A DNA stretch of 60,288 nt, taken from positions 1 through 60,288 of the forward strand of contig DASXGB010000054.1 of the NCBI GenBank assembly GCA_036489325.1. Reading direction: 5' to 3'. Under the pieces are notes generated by a model, which did no database searches, was not told the DNA's origin, and saw only the letters and a list, made by a program, of their open reading frames with translations. The translations under genes and the position numbers were made by a program. How positions within the stretch are numbered: position 1 is the first letter of the stretch; each line of letters starts with the position of its first letter. Below, piece by piece: positions 33,840 through 45,029 of this stretch. Origin of the DNA: Caulobacteraceae bacterium (GTDB taxonomy: Bacteria > Pseudomonadota > Alphaproteobacteria > Caulobacterales > Caulobacteraceae).

Positions 33840-34406
33840 TCAGACCTGCATGATCTCATGTTCTTTGGCTTTCAGGCTCTCGTCCACGCGTTTGACCGCC
33901 TCGTCGGTGAGCTTCTGGACCTCTTGCTCCAAATGACGGTGCTCGTCCTGGCCGATGACTGCGTCCTTCTCGGCCTTGCGCAAATCTTCCATCGCCTCCC
34001 GACGCACGTTCCTGACCGCGATCCGTTGCTGCTCTGCATATTTGCCGGCCAGTTTGACCAGGTCCCGCCGCCGCTCCTCCGACAAGGGGGGAATTGGGAT
34101 GCGCATGTTCTGTCCTTCGACCACCGGATTGAGGCCTAGGCCGGAGTTGCGGATGGCTTTTTCCACCGACACGACCAGAGCCTTGTCCCAGACGTTCACG
34201 TTTATCGAACGCGGCTCGGGAACGGATACGGCGCCTACCTGATTGACCGGCATCCGCGAGCCGTAAGCCTCGACCTGGACCTGATCAAGCAGGGCTGCGG
34301 AGGCCCGGCCGGTTCGCAAGGTGGCGAACTCTTCCTTGAGCGCTGCCACGGTCCTGTCCATCCGGGAGCGATACTTTCCGAGATCCGGTTTGCCGTCGTT
34401 CGACAT
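33840..34406 (-). CDS. frr: Ribosome recycling factor
   Basis: LRTGRAS, PPLSEERR and AVRNVRR motifs. Confidence 0.98.
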   Translation of the reverse strand: MSNDGKPDLGKYRSRMDRTVAALKEEFATLRTGRASAALLDQVQVEAYGSRMPVNQVGAVSVPEPRSINVNVWDKALVVSVEKAIRNSGLGLNPVVEGQNMRIPIPPLSEERRRDLVKLAGKYAEQQRIAVRNVRREAMEDLRKAEKDAVIGQDEHRHLEQEVQKLTDEAVKRVDESLKAKEHEIMQV

Positions 34407-34417
34407 CGCCTCGCCTC

Positions 34418-35149
34418 TCAGGCCGCTTCGCGCGGCGCCGTTATGGTTGTGTGGACACCCTCGCCCCTGACCACCCGCAGGAGATTGCCACGCTCCCGGA
34501 TGGAAAACACCACGATCGGAATGTCATTGTCTCGCATCAGAGCGATCGCCGAAGCGTCCATCACCCGCAGGTTCCGCGAAAGCACTTCGTGATAGCTCAA
34601 ACGGTTATAGCGCTCAGCCCCCGGTTCCTTTTTTGGGTCCGCTGTGTAGACGCCATCGACGCTGGTGCCCTTAAGCAAAGCGTCGCAGCCCATTTCGGCC
34701 GCACGCAGCGCCGCCGGCGTATCCGTCGTGAAAAACGGCGCCCCTAAGCCCGCAGCGAAAATGACCACGCGGCCCTTTTCCAGATGGCGAAGCGCTCGTC
34801 GCCGGATGTAGGGTTCGCACACCGCGTCCATTGGAATAGCCGATTGCACACGAGTGTTCACACCCTTGCTCTCCAGGGCGCTCTGCATGGCCAAGGCGTT
34901 CATCACCGTGGCCAACATGCCCATATAGTCGGCGCTGGCCCTCTCCATCCCCCGCCCGGCCATTGATACGCCGCGGAAGATGTTGCCGCCGCCGATCACA
35001 AGGCAAAGTTCGACACCCTCGGCGACCACGGAAGCGATATCCTCCGCCACCGCATCGAGCGTCGACATTTCGATGCCGAACGGAGCATCGCCCATCAGCA
35101 CCTCTCCGGAAACCTTGAGGAGGATGCGGCGGTATGGGCGGCTTTCCAT
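34418..35149 (-). CDS. pyrH: UMP kinase
   Basis: [23 protein letters not shown] and PFFTTD motifs; ATG at 35149. Confidence 0.98.
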   Translation of the reverse strand: MESRPYRRILLKVSGEVLMGDAPFGIEMSTLDAVAEDIASVVAEGVELCLVIGGGNIFRGVSMAGRGMERASADYMGMLATVMNALAMQSALESKGVNTRVQSAIPMDAVCEPYIRRRALRHLEKGRVVIFAAGLGAPFFTTDTPAALRAAEMGCDALLKGTSVDGVYTADPKKEPGAERYNRLSYHEVLSRNLRVMDASAIALMRDNDIPIVVFSIRERGNLLRVVRGEGVHTTITAPREAA

Positions 35150-35239
35150 GCGCGTGCGAGGGCTCCCGGCCCGACTCAAGGCGTCATCGATATCGGCGAG
35201 CGCAAGCCATAGGCCAGAGGCGAGCCCGAAGGAAGCGCG

Positions 35240-36181
35240 TCAAGCGCCGGTGAGCGCCGCCACCTCGCCGGCGAAGTCGCCGGCTTCCTTCTCGATTCCC
35301 TCACCAAGGGCCAAGCGGGCGAAGCCAACCAGCCGGACGGGCGCCCCAGACGCCTTGGCCGCAGCGGCCACGAGCTGCTCGATGGTCTCGTCCGGATTTC
35401 GGACGTAGGCCTGCTTGAGGAGTACCGCCTCTTCGTAGAACTTGCGAATGCGGCCCTCGACCATCCGCTCGGCTACTTGTGGCGGTTTGCCCGAAGCGAT
35501 GGCCTGTTCGGTGAAGATCGCTTTTTCCCGCTCGACAGCGGCGGGATCGAGGTCCTCGACCGATAGCGACAGGGGCGATGCAGCCGCCACATGAAGAGCG
35601 ACGTTGCGGCCAAGCTCCTTTAGAACCATTGCGTCGCCTTCCCCTTCCACCGCCACCAGCACGCCGATACGGCCCAATTCCGGCACGCCAGTGAGCGCTC
35701 CGTGGACATATGCGCCGATCGCGCCGGTTTCCACGTCAAAGCGGACGGCGCGACGCAGCACCATGTTTTCGCCGATCGTCGCGACCAGATGGGTGACGGC
35801 ATCGGCAACGGTCTGGCCGTCATCGAGACTGAACGCCCTCAAAGCTTCGACATCGCCGTCAACGTCGAGCGCCGCCGTGGCGATCTTGCGCGCCATCGCT
35901 TGAAAATTCTCGTTCCGGGCAACAAAATCGGTTTCGGCGTTGAGCTCGATCAGCGCGCCAGTCATGCTCGCACCATTGGCGCGTACTGCGAGGGCGACGA
36001 CTCCTTCGGCGGCTACGCGATCAGCCTTTTTGGCCGCCTTCGCCAGGCCCTTAGCGCGCAGCCAGTCAACGGCGGATTCCATGTCACCCTTGGTTTCCTG
36101 CAGGGCGCGCTTGCAGTCCATCATACCGACGCCGGATTTCTCGCGCAGCGCCTTGACTAGGGCGGCGGTTATCTCGGCCAT
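35240..36181 (-). CDS. tsf: Elongation factor Ts
   Basis: [16 protein letters not shown] and [10 protein letters not shown] motifs. Confidence 0.99.
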   Translation of the reverse strand: MAEITAALVKALREKSGVGMMDCKRALQETKGDMESAVDWLRAKGLAKAAKKADRVAAEGVVALAVRANGASMTGALIELNAETDFVARNENFQAMARKIATAALDVDGDVEALRAFSLDDGQTVADAVTHLVATIGENMVLRRAVRFDVETGAIGAYVHGALTGVPELGRIGVLVAVEGEGDAMVLKELGRNVALHVAAASPLSLSVEDLDPAAVEREKAIFTEQAIASGKPPQVAERMVEGRIRKFYEEAVLLKQAYVRNPDETIEQLVAAAAKASGAPVRLVGFARLALGEGIEKEAGDFAGEVAALTGA

Positions 36182-36265
36182 GGAATTCTCCTTTCAATGA
36201 CGCAGCGCCCTATCTGAAGGGGCTACCGCGCCGCTTAGATGGTTGGGCTCGCTAGAGCCGCTGGT

Positions 36266-37351
36266 TCAGGCTTCGGCGTCCACTTCCGAGGAGGCTTCGA
36301 CGGTCTCCGCTGCGGAAACCTCGATAGGTTCACCCTCACTGTCGGCAACCTGGCTCTTAGGGGCGGTTTTTGCCGCCTTTGCTTTGGTCTTCGGCTTCGC
36401 TGGCGTCGGTTCGGCCGCGCTGGGCGCGTCCGTGGGGGAAGCGGACTCGGCGTCCGCTTCAGGTTCCTTTGCCCCGGCGGGTCCGGTGGCCTCGGCCGCT
36501 TTTGCTGCCTTGGCCGACTTCGGCTTGGCAGGCTCGACGGTCGTTTCCGGTTCCTTTACCGACGCCGACTCTGGGGTCTCGCTGGACACCTCCGGTTGCT
36601 TGGCCAGCGCCGGTTCGATCGGCTGAACGGCCGCGCCGATATCGACGCCCATCGCCGCCTGACCCTCGGTGAGACCGTCGAGAACCGAATCAGCCATCAA
36701 GTCGCAATAGAGCTGAAGGGCGCGCGCGGCATCGTCATTGCCAGGCACCGGAAAAGTAATTCCCTGCGGGTTGCTGTTCGTGTCGAGGACAGCGATCACC
36801 GGGATGTTGAGCTTGCGGGCTTCCTGGATGGCGATCGCTTCTTTGTTCGTATCGATCACGAACATCAGATCAGGAATGCCGCCCATGTCCTTGATCCCGC
36901 CGAGGGATAGCTCGAGCTTGTCACGCTCGCGGGTCAGCTGCAGAAGCTCCTTCTTCGGCCGGCCGCCGGCTTCGCCGCCATCGAGCACACCCTCGAGTTC
37001 ACGCAGACGAGCGATCGAAGCGGAAATGGTCCGCCAGTTGGTGAGGGTGCCGCCGAGCCAGCGATGGTTGACGTAGTATTGAGCGCACCGTTTGGCGGCC
37101 GCTGCGACGGGTTCGGAGGCCTGACGCTTGGTGCCTACAAAGAGCACCCGGCCGCCGCTAGCGGCGACTTCGCGCGCCTTGACCAGGGCCTGGTGCAGCA
37201 ACGGCATGGTCTGGGAGAGGTCGATGATATGGATGTTGGACCGGGCGCCGAAGATGTAGCGCTCCATCTTCGGGTTCCAGCGATGTGTCTGGTGGCCGAA
37301 GTGTGCGCCCGCCTCGAGCAACTGGCGCATGGTGAAGTCTGGCAGAGCCAT
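36266..37351 (-). CDS. rpsB: 30S ribosomal protein S2 with long low-complexity C-terminal extension
   Basis: [18 protein letters not shown] and PGNDDA motifs. Confidence 0.99.
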   Translation of the reverse strand: MALPDFTMRQLLEAGAHFGHQTHRWNPKMERYIFGARSNIHIIDLSQTMPLLHQALVKAREVAASGGRVLFVGTKRQASEPVAAAAKRCAQYYVNHRWLGGTLTNWRTISASIARLRELEGVLDGGEAGGRPKKELLQLTRERDKLELSLGGIKDMGGIPDLMFVIDTNKEAIAIQEARKLNIPVIAVLDTNSNPQGITFPVPGNDDAARALQLYCDLMADSVLDGLTEGQAAMGVDIGAAVQPIEPALAKQPEVSSETPESASVKEPETTVEPAKPKSAKAAKAAEATGPAGAKEPEADAESASPTDAPSAAEPTPAKPKTKAKAAKTAPKSQVADSEGEPIEVSAAETVEASSEVDAEA

Positions 37352-37465
37352 TATGAGTTCAATCCTTCTTCCGGTTAGCCTCCGCGAAGCAACCTCCCAG
37401 GAGGAGACCGGAACGGCGCGGCCAGGGGATTGACCCGGGCTTGACCGAACGCTTCGCGTGCGAGA
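37352..37465 (-). ncRNA. Probable structured rpsB 5' leader (S2 autoregulatory / t44-like element)
   Basis: 8-bp inverted repeat 37383-37390/37451-37458 and 7-bp inverted repeat 37369-37375/37407-37413 upstream of the rpsB SD; such leaders are known upstream of rpsB in Proteobacteria. Confidence 0.55.
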
Positions 37466-37512
37466 TGGGGGCGGCAGATAAGGGCCTGGACCCGAAAAGG
37501 CAAGTGTGGGAC

Positions 37513-40500
37513 CTAGATGTCCTCAAGCGCCGCCACACCGGGCGCGATCTTGATCGCGCCGCGCGCCGCCGGATCCAGTCGATATCGACCGGGAAGCTTC
37601 AATTCAACCTCCCGCCCGCCTGGGAACGCGGCGACAAATGTGACCTCACCCCCGTTGGCCTGGGTTTCGAGCCGCGACTTGATGACCTCAAGCTCCGCCA
37701 GGCTGGGCGATAGGTGCACCCGAAGAGCGGTCTCGCCTTGTTCCACGACCCTTTCGAGCAGCCGGGCATCGTCGCCATAGAAGCGCACTTCACCCTCGGT
37801 CGCCCGCGCTCGCGCCTTGATGACGATCGCCTTGCCCGGCTCAAGCAGGTCGCGATGCGCGCGCAAAGCTTCGGGCGGAAACAGAACCTCGAATTCGCCC
37901 GTGGGATCCGACAGCGTTACAAAGGCGAACTTGCTGCCGCTGGACGCCGATGAACTTCGCTCCTGCCGCCGGCGCACCACGCCGGCCATGCGGAAGGCTT
38001 CCGCACCGTCGCCGATGCTCGCCGCCATGGCGTCTTGATAGAGCGTGACACGCTGACGTCTCAGGAGGCCGACCATGTCCTCGAGCGGATGTCCGCTCAG
38101 GTAGAAGCCGACGGCGCCCAGCTCCTCATCAAGCCGGTCGATGGGATTCCAGTTTTCAACTTTCGGGAGGCGCGGGCGCGCGCCGTCGGCGGCGTCTCCG
38201 AACAGGCTCTCCTGCGCTGAAACCCGGTCGGCGGCCAGGCTCTGGGCATAGCCGATGAGCTGGTCGGCGGACGCGACGATCTGCGCGCGGTTGAGGTGAA
38301 TGGAATCGAACGCGCCGGCGCGTGCAAGGCTCTCGATCGCCCGCCTATTGATCTGCCGAGGATCCACGCGCGCCAGAAAATCGAACAGATCGGCAAACCG
38401 TCCCCCTGCTTCGCGCACCTCGACGAGGTGATCCATCGCCGCACGCCCGACATTGCGGATGGCGCCCAGGGCGTAGATCACTTTGCCGTCTTCAACTTCG
38501 AAGTCAGCGCCGGAACAATTTATGTCGGGGGGCAGGATCGTGACGCCCAATCGCTTGGCGTCCTGATAAAAGACGGCGAGTTTGTCGGTGTTGGAAATAT
38601 CCAGGCTCATTGACGCGGCAAAGAACTCGACAGGCCTGTTCGCCTTGAGCCAGGCTGTCTGATACGCAATCAGGGCATAGGGCGCGGCGTGGCATTTGTT
38701 GAAGCCATAGCCTGCGAACTTCGCCATCCGCTCGAACATGGTCTCGGATTCGAGCAGGGGCAGGCCGCGCTCCCTGGCGCCGGAGAGGAACCGTGCGCGC
38801 TGCTGATCCATCTCCTCCTTTTTCTTCTTGCCCATGGCCCGGCGCAAAAGATCTGCCTCGCCAAGCGAGTAGCCGGCCAGCACCTGCGCGATCCGCATCA
38901 CCTGTTCCTGGTAGACGATGACGCCGTAGGTCTCGGCGAGCGCCGCCTCCAGTCCGGGCAAGATGTTCACCGGTCTACGGCCCATCTTGCAGTCGACGTA
39001 CTCGTCGATCGAGTCCATCGGTCCGGGTCGATAGAGGGAAATGAGGGCGGTGATTTCCTCCAAGGTTGATGGCCGGAGCTTGCGCAGCGTGTCGCGCATT
39101 CCCTGGCCTTCCATCTGGAATACCCCGACGGTGTGGCCGGCGGAAAGCAGCTCGTAGGTGTGTGAGTCGTCAAGTGGGAGCGACTCGAGTTCAATTCCGG
39201 CGCCGCGCCGCTCAAGCAGCTTTACCGCCCTACGGATGACGGTCAGGGTCTTCAGGCCTAGGAAGTCGAACTTCACCAGCCCGGCGCTTTCAACCCACTT
39301 CATGTTGAATTGTGTCGCCGGCAATGGCGACCGCGGATCGCGATAGAGCGGGGTCAGTTCGGTCAGCGGGCGGTCCGAGATGACCACGCCGGCGGCGTGC
39401 GTCGAGGCGTTGCGATAGAGCCCCTCGAGCTTGAGGGCCAGTTCGAACAACTCATCGACCGCTTCGTCTTCGCGCCGCATGCCCTGCAGCCTCGGCTCCA
39501 TCTCGATCGCTCGCGCCAGGCTGACCGGATTGGCCGGGTTGGAGGGGATCATCTTGGCAAGACGGTCGACCTGGCCAAGGGGGAGTTGCAGCACCCGACC
39601 GACATCGCGCACCACGGCCCGCGCCTGCAGACTTCCGAAGGTAATAATGTGGGCGACGCGGTCCTTGCCGTAACGCTCCTGGACGTAGGCGATGACCTCT
39701 TCCCGCCGCTCCTGGCAGAAATCGATGTCGAAATCCGGCATGCTCACCCGTTCCGGGTTGAGGAAGCGCTCAAACAGCAAGCCGAATCTCAAGGGGTCGA
39801 CGCCCGTGATCAGGAGCGACCACGCGACGACTGATCCCGCGCCTGATCCTCGACCGGGACCGACGGGAATGTCGTGGGCGACCGCCCATTTCATGAAGTC
39901 CGAGACGATCAGGAAATAGCCGGAAAATCCCATCGATTGGATGACGCCGATCTCGCGTTCCAACCTCTCCCAGTAAGGAGCTTCTCCCGCAGGGGGCGGA
40001 TCGGACTTGAGACGTCGCTTCAAGCCCTCGCGCGCCTGCTCGGCGAGTTCCTCCTCTTCCGACCGGCCGCCGCTAGTCGGAAACCTCGGCAAGATCGGCT
40101 CGCGCTTGTTGACCATGAAGGCGCAGCGACGGGCGATTTCCAGCGTGCTGTCGCAGGCCTCCGGCAGATCGGCAAAGAGCTTGCGCATCTCCGCTTCGCC
40201 TTTGAACCAATGCTCTTGCGTGACACGTCGGCGCTCTTCCTGGCCGACGAACGCGCCGTCCGCGATGCACAGCAGGGCATCGTGCGCGCGCCAGATCTCA
40301 TGTTGGGCGAAATAGACGTCGTTGGTCGCCACCAGGGGCGTATCGTTGTCGTACGCCCACGCTACAAGTCCAGGTTCCGCGGAAGCCTCGTCGGCAAGGC
40401 CGTGGCGCTGAAGTTCGACATAGAACCGATCGCCGAAGACCGCTTGGATTTCGCCCAGCGCGACGATGCCCTCGGCCGCCCGCCCCGAAGCGAACAGGGG

Positions 40501-40941
40501 ATCGATCGGGCCGTCGGGACCACCCGAAAGTAGGATCAACCCGTCGGAACACTCGCTGAGGAGCTTCCACGGTACATGAGGTGAGGAAGCGCTCTCGACG
40601 TCCAAAAAGGCCGCCGAGGAGAGCTTGCAGAGATTGCGGTAGCCAGTCTCATTCTGGGCCAGCAAGGTTACAGTCGGAGTCAGAGCCCAGCGCTCAGATC
40701 TCCCCTCTCCTATTCCGATGACAGGCAGGGCGCAGCCGACGATCGGTTGTACGCCTGCTTCCTTGGTGAGTTGCGAGAATTCCAGCGCGCCAAACAAGTT
40801 GCCGCGATCAGTAAGGGCCACGGCCGGCATGCCTTCGGTCGCGGCCAGTCGACCGATCTGGTCGGCCTTTATCGCCCCTTCGAGCAGGGAGTAGGCCGAC
40901 CGGACGCGAAGATGGACGAAGCCCGATCCTTCGACGCTCAA
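37513..40941 (-). CDS. dnaE: DNA polymerase III alpha subunit
   Basis: PHP domain ([13 protein letters not shown]), [19 protein letters not shown] and KFDFLGL motifs. Confidence 0.99.
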   Translation of the reverse strand: MSVEGSGFVHLRVRSAYSLLEGAIKADQIGRLAATEGMPAVALTDRGNLFGALEFSQLTKEAGVQPIVGCALPVIGIGEGRSERWALTPTVTLLAQNETGYRNLCKLSSAAFLDVESASSPHVPWKLLSECSDGLILLSGGPDGPIDPLFASGRAAEGIVALGEIQAVFGDRFYVELQRHGLADEASAEPGLVAWAYDNDTPLVATNDVYFAQHEIWRAHDALLCIADGAFVGQEERRRVTQEHWFKGEAEMRKLFADLPEACDSTLEIARRCAFMVNKREPILPRFPTSGGRSEEEELAEQAREGLKRRLKSDPPPAGEAPYWERLEREIGVIQSMGFSGYFLIVSDFMKWAVAHDIPVGPGRGSGAGSVVAWSLLITGVDPLRFGLLFERFLNPERVSMPDFDIDFCQERREEVIAYVQERYGKDRVAHIITFGSLQARAVVRDVGRVLQLPLGQVDRLAKMIPSNPANPVSLARAIEMEPRLQGMRREDEAVDELFELALKLEGLYRNASTHAAGVVISDRPLTELTPLYRDPRSPLPATQFNMKWVESAGLVKFDFLGLKTLTVIRRAVKLLERRGAGIELESLPLDDSHTYELLSAGHTVGVFQMEGQGMRDTLRKLRPSTLEEITALISLYRPGPMDSIDEYVDCKMGRRPVNILPGLEAALAETYGVIVYQEQVMRIAQVLAGYSLGEADLLRRAMGKKKKEEMDQQRARFLSGARERGLPLLESETMFERMAKFAGYGFNKCHAAPYALIAYQTAWLKANRPVEFFAASMSLDISNTDKLAVFYQDAKRLGVTILPPDINCSGADFEVEDGKVIYALGAIRNVGRAAMDHLVEVREAGGRFADLFDFLARVDPRQINRRAIESLARAGAFDSIHLNRAQIVASADQLIGYAQSLAADRVSAQESLFGDAADGARPRLPKVENWNPIDRLDEELGAVGFYLSGHPLEDMVGLLRRQRVTLYQDAMAASIGDGAEAFRMAGVVRRRQERSSSASSGSKFAFVTLSDPTGEFEVLFPPEALRAHRDLLEPGKAIVIKARARATEGEVRFYGDDARLLERVVEQGETALRVHLSPSLAELEVIKSRLETQANGGEVTFVAAFPGGREVELKLPGRYRLDPAARGAIKIAPGVAALEDI

Positions 40942-40966
40942 CCGTCACTCCCCTTTTTGCACCGAC

Positions 40967-41056
40967 TCAACTGGCGAATTGCGCAACCTGGCAGATCATC
41001 CAGACGAAGCCGGCGATCGAAACAAGCGCCGGCAGTTCACGTATGAACCGAAACAT
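40967..41056 (-). CDS. sidA: SidA-like SOS-induced cell-division inhibitor, 29-aa membrane peptide (absent from the ORF track)
   Basis: Manual translation MFRFIRELPALVSIAGFVWMICQVAQFAS*; SD AGGAGG 7 nt upstream; SOS box adjacent; directly upstream of dnaE, as for Caulobacter crescentus sidA. Confidence 0.9.
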   Translation of the reverse strand: MFRFIRELPALVSIAGFVWMICQVAQFAS

Positions 41057-41063
41057 GGGGACA

Positions 41064-41119
41064 CCTCCTAAGTTCCGTCTTTGTTCTGATTCAATATTCA
41101 TGTTTTGTTCTGGGGTCAA
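41064..41119 (-). promoter_or_regulatory. LexA-repressed promoter of sidA-dnaE
   Basis: Perfect GTTC-N7-GTTC at 41072-41086; degenerate ATTC-N7-GTTC at 41096-41110; minus-strand TTGACC at 41119-41114; SD at 41069-41064. Confidence 0.85.
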
Positions 41120-41166
41120 GTTCCATCCGATACGGTTGGCCTGCGCTTCGTGACCGAGACCCTATC

Positions 41167-43410
41167 TTAGGGACGAAAGCGTCGACTTGCGGGAAATCCC
41201 TTGGGCGTCAGGCGGCCGGCGGTGGAGCGGCGCCCCTGCCAGGCTTCCCAGTCCGGCCAGGACCGGGTCCGGCCGGCAGCGTCTGTCCAGGTGAGGCCGT
41301 CGGTTGCCAAGAAGACGTAGGCGTCTCTCAGGCCTCCTTCGCGGTAGCTCTGCAGCTTGACGCCTTTGCCTCTGGGCATTTCCGGCAGTTCCCCCAAGGG
41401 GAAGATCAGAGCCTTGCCGTTGTCGCCGACAATAGCCAGCCGGTCGCCTTGCGCCGGAAGACAGGCGGCCGCCCCGCGGTGATCGACGTTCAGCGCTTGC
41501 TTGCCCGCCTTGCGGAACGCCACCGCCTCATCTTCAGGCATGATGAAACCGTATCCCGCCTTCGAGATCAGCACGCGTTTGCGGCCTGGCCGATGGGGAA
41601 ACATCGCCAGGATGTCGACCCTGTCCTCAAGATCCAACATCAGTCGCAGAGGTTCGCCGTGACCTCGGGCCGATGGGAGTTTGTCGCAAGCCAGCGTGAA
41701 GAAGCGGCCGTCCGAGGCAAAAACCAGCAGTTTGTCAGTAGTTTCCGCCGGAACCAAAAACTCGAGCTTGTCGCCCTCCTTGAACGTGAGGGTCGACGGA
41801 TCCTCAACCCTGCCCCTGGCGGCGCGAATCCAGCCACGATCTGAGAGGATGACGGTGATCGGCTCGCGCGCGATCAGCGCCTCGGATGAACTGTCGAGCT
41901 CGATCGCCGGCGCCTCGGCGAAACTCGTCCGGCGTGCGCCGACGGATGTCGCTGGTCCCAGTACCTTTCGCACCCCGCGGAGACCGACTGCGACGAGTTT
42001 CCATTGTTCCTTGTCGGACTCGAGCAAGGCGACGATGCCCCCGCGCTCATCCGACAGGTCTGAGTGCTCCCGGTTCAACTCCATTTCCTCAAGCCTCGCC
42101 AGCTGACGGAGCCGAGTATTGAGGATGGCCTCGGCCTGCCCATCGCTGATTTCGAAGCGCTCGATCAGCCGGACCTTGGGATCGTCCTCAAAACGAACAA
42201 TGCGGATCACTTCATCGAGATCGAGAAAGACGATGAGCAGGCCGTCGAGGATATGCAGGCGCTGTTCGATCCTACCGAGCCGGAACCTCGCGCGGCGGAC
42301 CAAGACTTCACGGCGGTGGTCGAGAAATGCGGTGAGCGCTTCCTTCAGACTCATCACGCGGGGGGCGCCGTGCGCGTCCAGCACATTCAGATTGACCGAG
42401 AAGCGGTTCTCGAGATCGGAAAGCTTGAAGAGGCTTTCCATCAAGACCTCGGCTTCAACTGTGCGCGACTTCGGCTCCAACACCAGTCGGACATCCTCGG
42501 CCGACTCATCGCGAACATCGGCCAGCAGAGGCGTCTTCTTGGATTCGATCAGGCCAGCCAGTTGCTCGACAAGGTCCGCTTTCTTTACTTGGTACGGGAT
42601 CTCGGTGACGACCACCCGCCAGGTTCCCCGCCCGGTGTCTTCCCTGGACCAGCGCGCCCTCAGCCGCACGCCGCCGCGCCCCGTCTCATAGGTTTCCCTC
42701 AGAGACTCGCTGGTCTCAACAATCACCCCGCCAGTCGGAAAATCCGGTCCAGGCGCGCGCGCCATAAGATCGGTCGTCGACGCGTTCGGCCGTTCAAGGA
42801 GGAGTAGGCAGGCGTCGATCAGTTCTGCGGCGTTGTGCGGCGGGATCGACGTCGCCATGCCAACCGCGATCCCGGTAGACCCGTTCGCCAACAGGTTCGG
42901 GAAGCCTGCCGGCAGAACGATCGGTTCTTCGTCCTCGCCATCATAGGTCGGTCGAAAATCGACCGAGTCTTCATCAATTCCGTCCAAAAGCAGCTGCGCC
43001 GCCTCGGTGAGGCGGCACTCGGTGTATCGCATGGCCGCTGCGTTATCGCCGTCGATATTGCCAAAATTGCCTTGGCCGTCGACCAGCGGATAGCGCTGGG
43101 CAAATTCTTGCGCCAGGCGCACCAGGGCGTCATAAATCGACTGGTCCCCGTGCGGGTGGAACTGACCCATCACATCGCCGACTACCTTGGCGCATTTCTT
43201 GGCCGAGCCCTCGGGATTAAGGCGCATACGATGCATGGCGTAGAGCAGCCGCCGCTGCACCGGCTTTAGCCCGTCGCGGACGTCCGGCAGGGCTCGCTGG
43301 GTGATCGTGGACAGCGCGTACGCCAGGTAGCGACGCGAGAGCGCGTCGTTCAGCGATTCCTCGATGATCCGCCCGCCTTCCTCTGGCGGTGGCGCCGGTG
43401 TGTCCATCAT
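41167..43410 (-). CDS. parC: DNA topoisomerase IV subunit A
   Basis: RALPDVRDGLKPVQRR, HPHGD and AAMRYTE motifs; short C-terminal domain with no GyrA box seen. Confidence 0.96.
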   Translation of the reverse strand: MMDTPAPPPEEGGRIIEESLNDALSRRYLAYALSTITQRALPDVRDGLKPVQRRLLYAMHRMRLNPEGSAKKCAKVVGDVMGQFHPHGDQSIYDALVRLAQEFAQRYPLVDGQGNFGNIDGDNAAAMRYTECRLTEAAQLLLDGIDEDSVDFRPTYDGEDEEPIVLPAGFPNLLANGSTGIAVGMATSIPPHNAAELIDACLLLLERPNASTTDLMARAPGPDFPTGGVIVETSESLRETYETGRGGVRLRARWSREDTGRGTWRVVVTEIPYQVKKADLVEQLAGLIESKKTPLLADVRDESAEDVRLVLEPKSRTVEAEVLMESLFKLSDLENRFSVNLNVLDAHGAPRVMSLKEALTAFLDHRREVLVRRARFRLGRIEQRLHILDGLLIVFLDLDEVIRIVRFEDDPKVRLIERFEISDGQAEAILNTRLRQLARLEEMELNREHSDLSDERGGIVALLESDKEQWKLVAVGLRGVRKVLGPATSVGARRTSFAEAPAIELDSSSEALIAREPITVILSDRGWIRAARGRVEDPSTLTFKEGDKLEFLVPAETTDKLLVFASDGRFFTLACDKLPSARGHGEPLRLMLDLEDRVDILAMFPHRPGRKRVLISKAGYGFIMPEDEAVAFRKAGKQALNVDHRGAAACLPAQGDRLAIVGDNGKALIFPLGELPEMPRGKGVKLQSYREGGLRDAYVFLATDGLTWTDAAGRTRSWPDWEAWQGRRSTAGRLTPKGFPASRRFRP

Positions 43411-43441
43411 CGGCCGTTTGGGCCGAGTCAGGCCCGGGAGT

Positions 43442-44284
43442 CTAGGCGTAGTCTCCCATCAGGAACCCTCGCGCCGTGCCGAGGAATCCATTCGGCTTGT
43501 CCAGCGGAATGCTGTGCCCCGCGCCCTCGACGGTCGCGAGGCGTGAGCCTGGGATTGTGCGCGTCATCAGGTCGGCCACCTCTGGGGCTAAAATGTCCGA
43601 CAACTCGCCGCGAATCACGAGTGTCGGCGCCGAGATCGCCGCGCAAGATGCCCATCCCTCTTCCGGCGCTCGCATCTTCAATTCCCGGGGGTCCCGCAGC
43701 GCCCGGTCATAGCGCCAAGTGAAACTGCCGCCCTCAAGACCCATGAGATTGTTGTAGACCCGATGGCGGAGGTGCTCGTCGGGCGGGATCGGGTTCGCCG
43801 TCCGCATGACGTCGAAAGCGATTTCCCTAGAGTCGAAGACATCCGGCTGTTTCTGGCCTGCCTGGATTCGGCTGGAGCCCTGCGTAGCAATCTCTGGCGC
43901 GATATCGACAATCACCAGGCGCCCGAGGGCGCCGGGCCGTCGGCCGGCATAGTCCATGGCCACCATGCCACCCATGGAAAGACCCACCAGATCAAACGTC
44001 TTCAACCCGAGGGCAGCGACGAATGCCTCGAGGTCCAGAGTCATTTCGCCAATTCCATACCCGCCGGGACCCGCCCAGCTGCTCTCGCCATGACCCCGCT
44101 GATCGAGGGCGATCACCCGGTAGCGATCGCTCATCCCCTCGGCGAAAGCGTCCCATGACCGCGCGTGTCCAGTGTAGCCGTGCAGAAGGACCAGAACCGG
44201 TGCGCCGGACCGCGGTGGAGCCCAGTCTCGAAAATGGAACCGGAGTCCACGAAGTTCGATGAGTTCGTCTGTCACCACTGTCAT
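43442..44284 (-). CDS. Alpha/beta-fold hydrolase
   Basis: LLHG, DQRGHGES, GLSMGG nucleophile, SDI acid and GAGH His motifs; ATG 44284 overlaps the recO stop. Confidence 0.88.
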   Translation of the reverse strand: MTVVTDELIELRGLRFHFRDWAPPRSGAPVLVLLHGYTGHARSWDAFAEGMSDRYRVIALDQRGHGESSWAGPGGYGIGEMTLDLEAFVAALGLKTFDLVGLSMGGMVAMDYAGRRPGALGRLVIVDIAPEIATQGSSRIQAGQKQPDVFDSREIAFDVMRTANPIPPDEHLRHRVYNNLMGLEGGSFTWRYDRALRDPRELKMRAPEEGWASCAAISAPTLVIRGELSDILAPEVADLMTRTIPGSRLATVEGAGHSIPLDKPNGFLGTARGFLMGDYA

Positions 44285-45012
44285 AGCCGGCCACGCTCCC
44301 TTAGTCGGTCTATCATGCGCTCGCGCGGCGGCGGCAAAGGCCGGTCCAGCGCATTGAACACACAGGCTTGCAGAAAATGCCCAGTCAGCGCGAGGCCGGC
44401 CTCGATGTCGCCCGCGCCTAGCCCCGCCTGGGCCGACAGCAAAAACATGGGCAAGGTCAGCAGCCGGTCCTTGTAGGGTTCCCCAGCGGCTGCGCTCACC
44501 GCCCGTCCCGTCCGAGGGCTGACCCACGCCAGGTCGTCAGTCGAGCCGGTGACGGTACACACCGAGAGATCCAAACCGAACCCCAGATCGGCCAGCAGGC
44601 CGGCCTCGAAGCGAACCATCACCGCCGGCCAGATGTCTTCGTCTACGAGGGCGAGGGTCAGGGTTTCAAACGCCCGGAACACTCCAGGATGAGGCTCGCG
44701 CTCAGGCAAGGCGGCAGCCACGACTGCAGCTGCGGAAGCCAGCCCGGCCAGCGCGGCCGAATCGTCGAACAGGTCTGAAGGCCCAGAACCAGCCCCTTCC
44801 ACGCGCGCCGATCCTAGCTGCTCGGCCACCCGCGCCCGATACGCGAACGTCACCCGGGCGCCAGGCTGCAGGTGAGGCTTCATTCGGCGGGAAGCGCCGC
44901 CGGCTACATGAGCCGCCCACTTCCCTTTGACCTCCGTCAACGCCTCGACGATCGCGCCCGACTCTCCATGCGGGCGAGCGGAAAGGACGAAGGCGGCCTC
45001 CTCAAACTCCAT
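44281..45012 (-). CDS. recO: DNA repair protein RecO
   Basis: RPHGE, LPEREPHP, LGFGLDL and VSPRTGRAVS motifs; follows era. Confidence 0.96.
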   Translation of the reverse strand: MEFEEAAFVLSARPHGESGAIVEALTEVKGKWAAHVAGGASRRMKPHLQPGARVTFAYRARVAEQLGSARVEGAGSGPSDLFDDSAALAGLASAAAVVAAALPEREPHPGVFRAFETLTLALVDEDIWPAVMVRFEAGLLADLGFGLDLSVCTVTGSTDDLAWVSPRTGRAVSAAAGEPYKDRLLTLPMFLLSAQAGLGAGDIEAGLALTGHFLQACVFNALDRPLPPPRERMIDRLRERGRL

Positions 45013-45029
45013 GGTGGATTTGGCCCCCG

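Noticed and set aside
43130-43165. ParC quinolone-resistance region reads HPHGDQSIYD (Gln at the E. coli Ser80-equivalent position)
   Set aside because: This appears to be a natural alphaproteobacterial variant, not evidence of acquired resistance.
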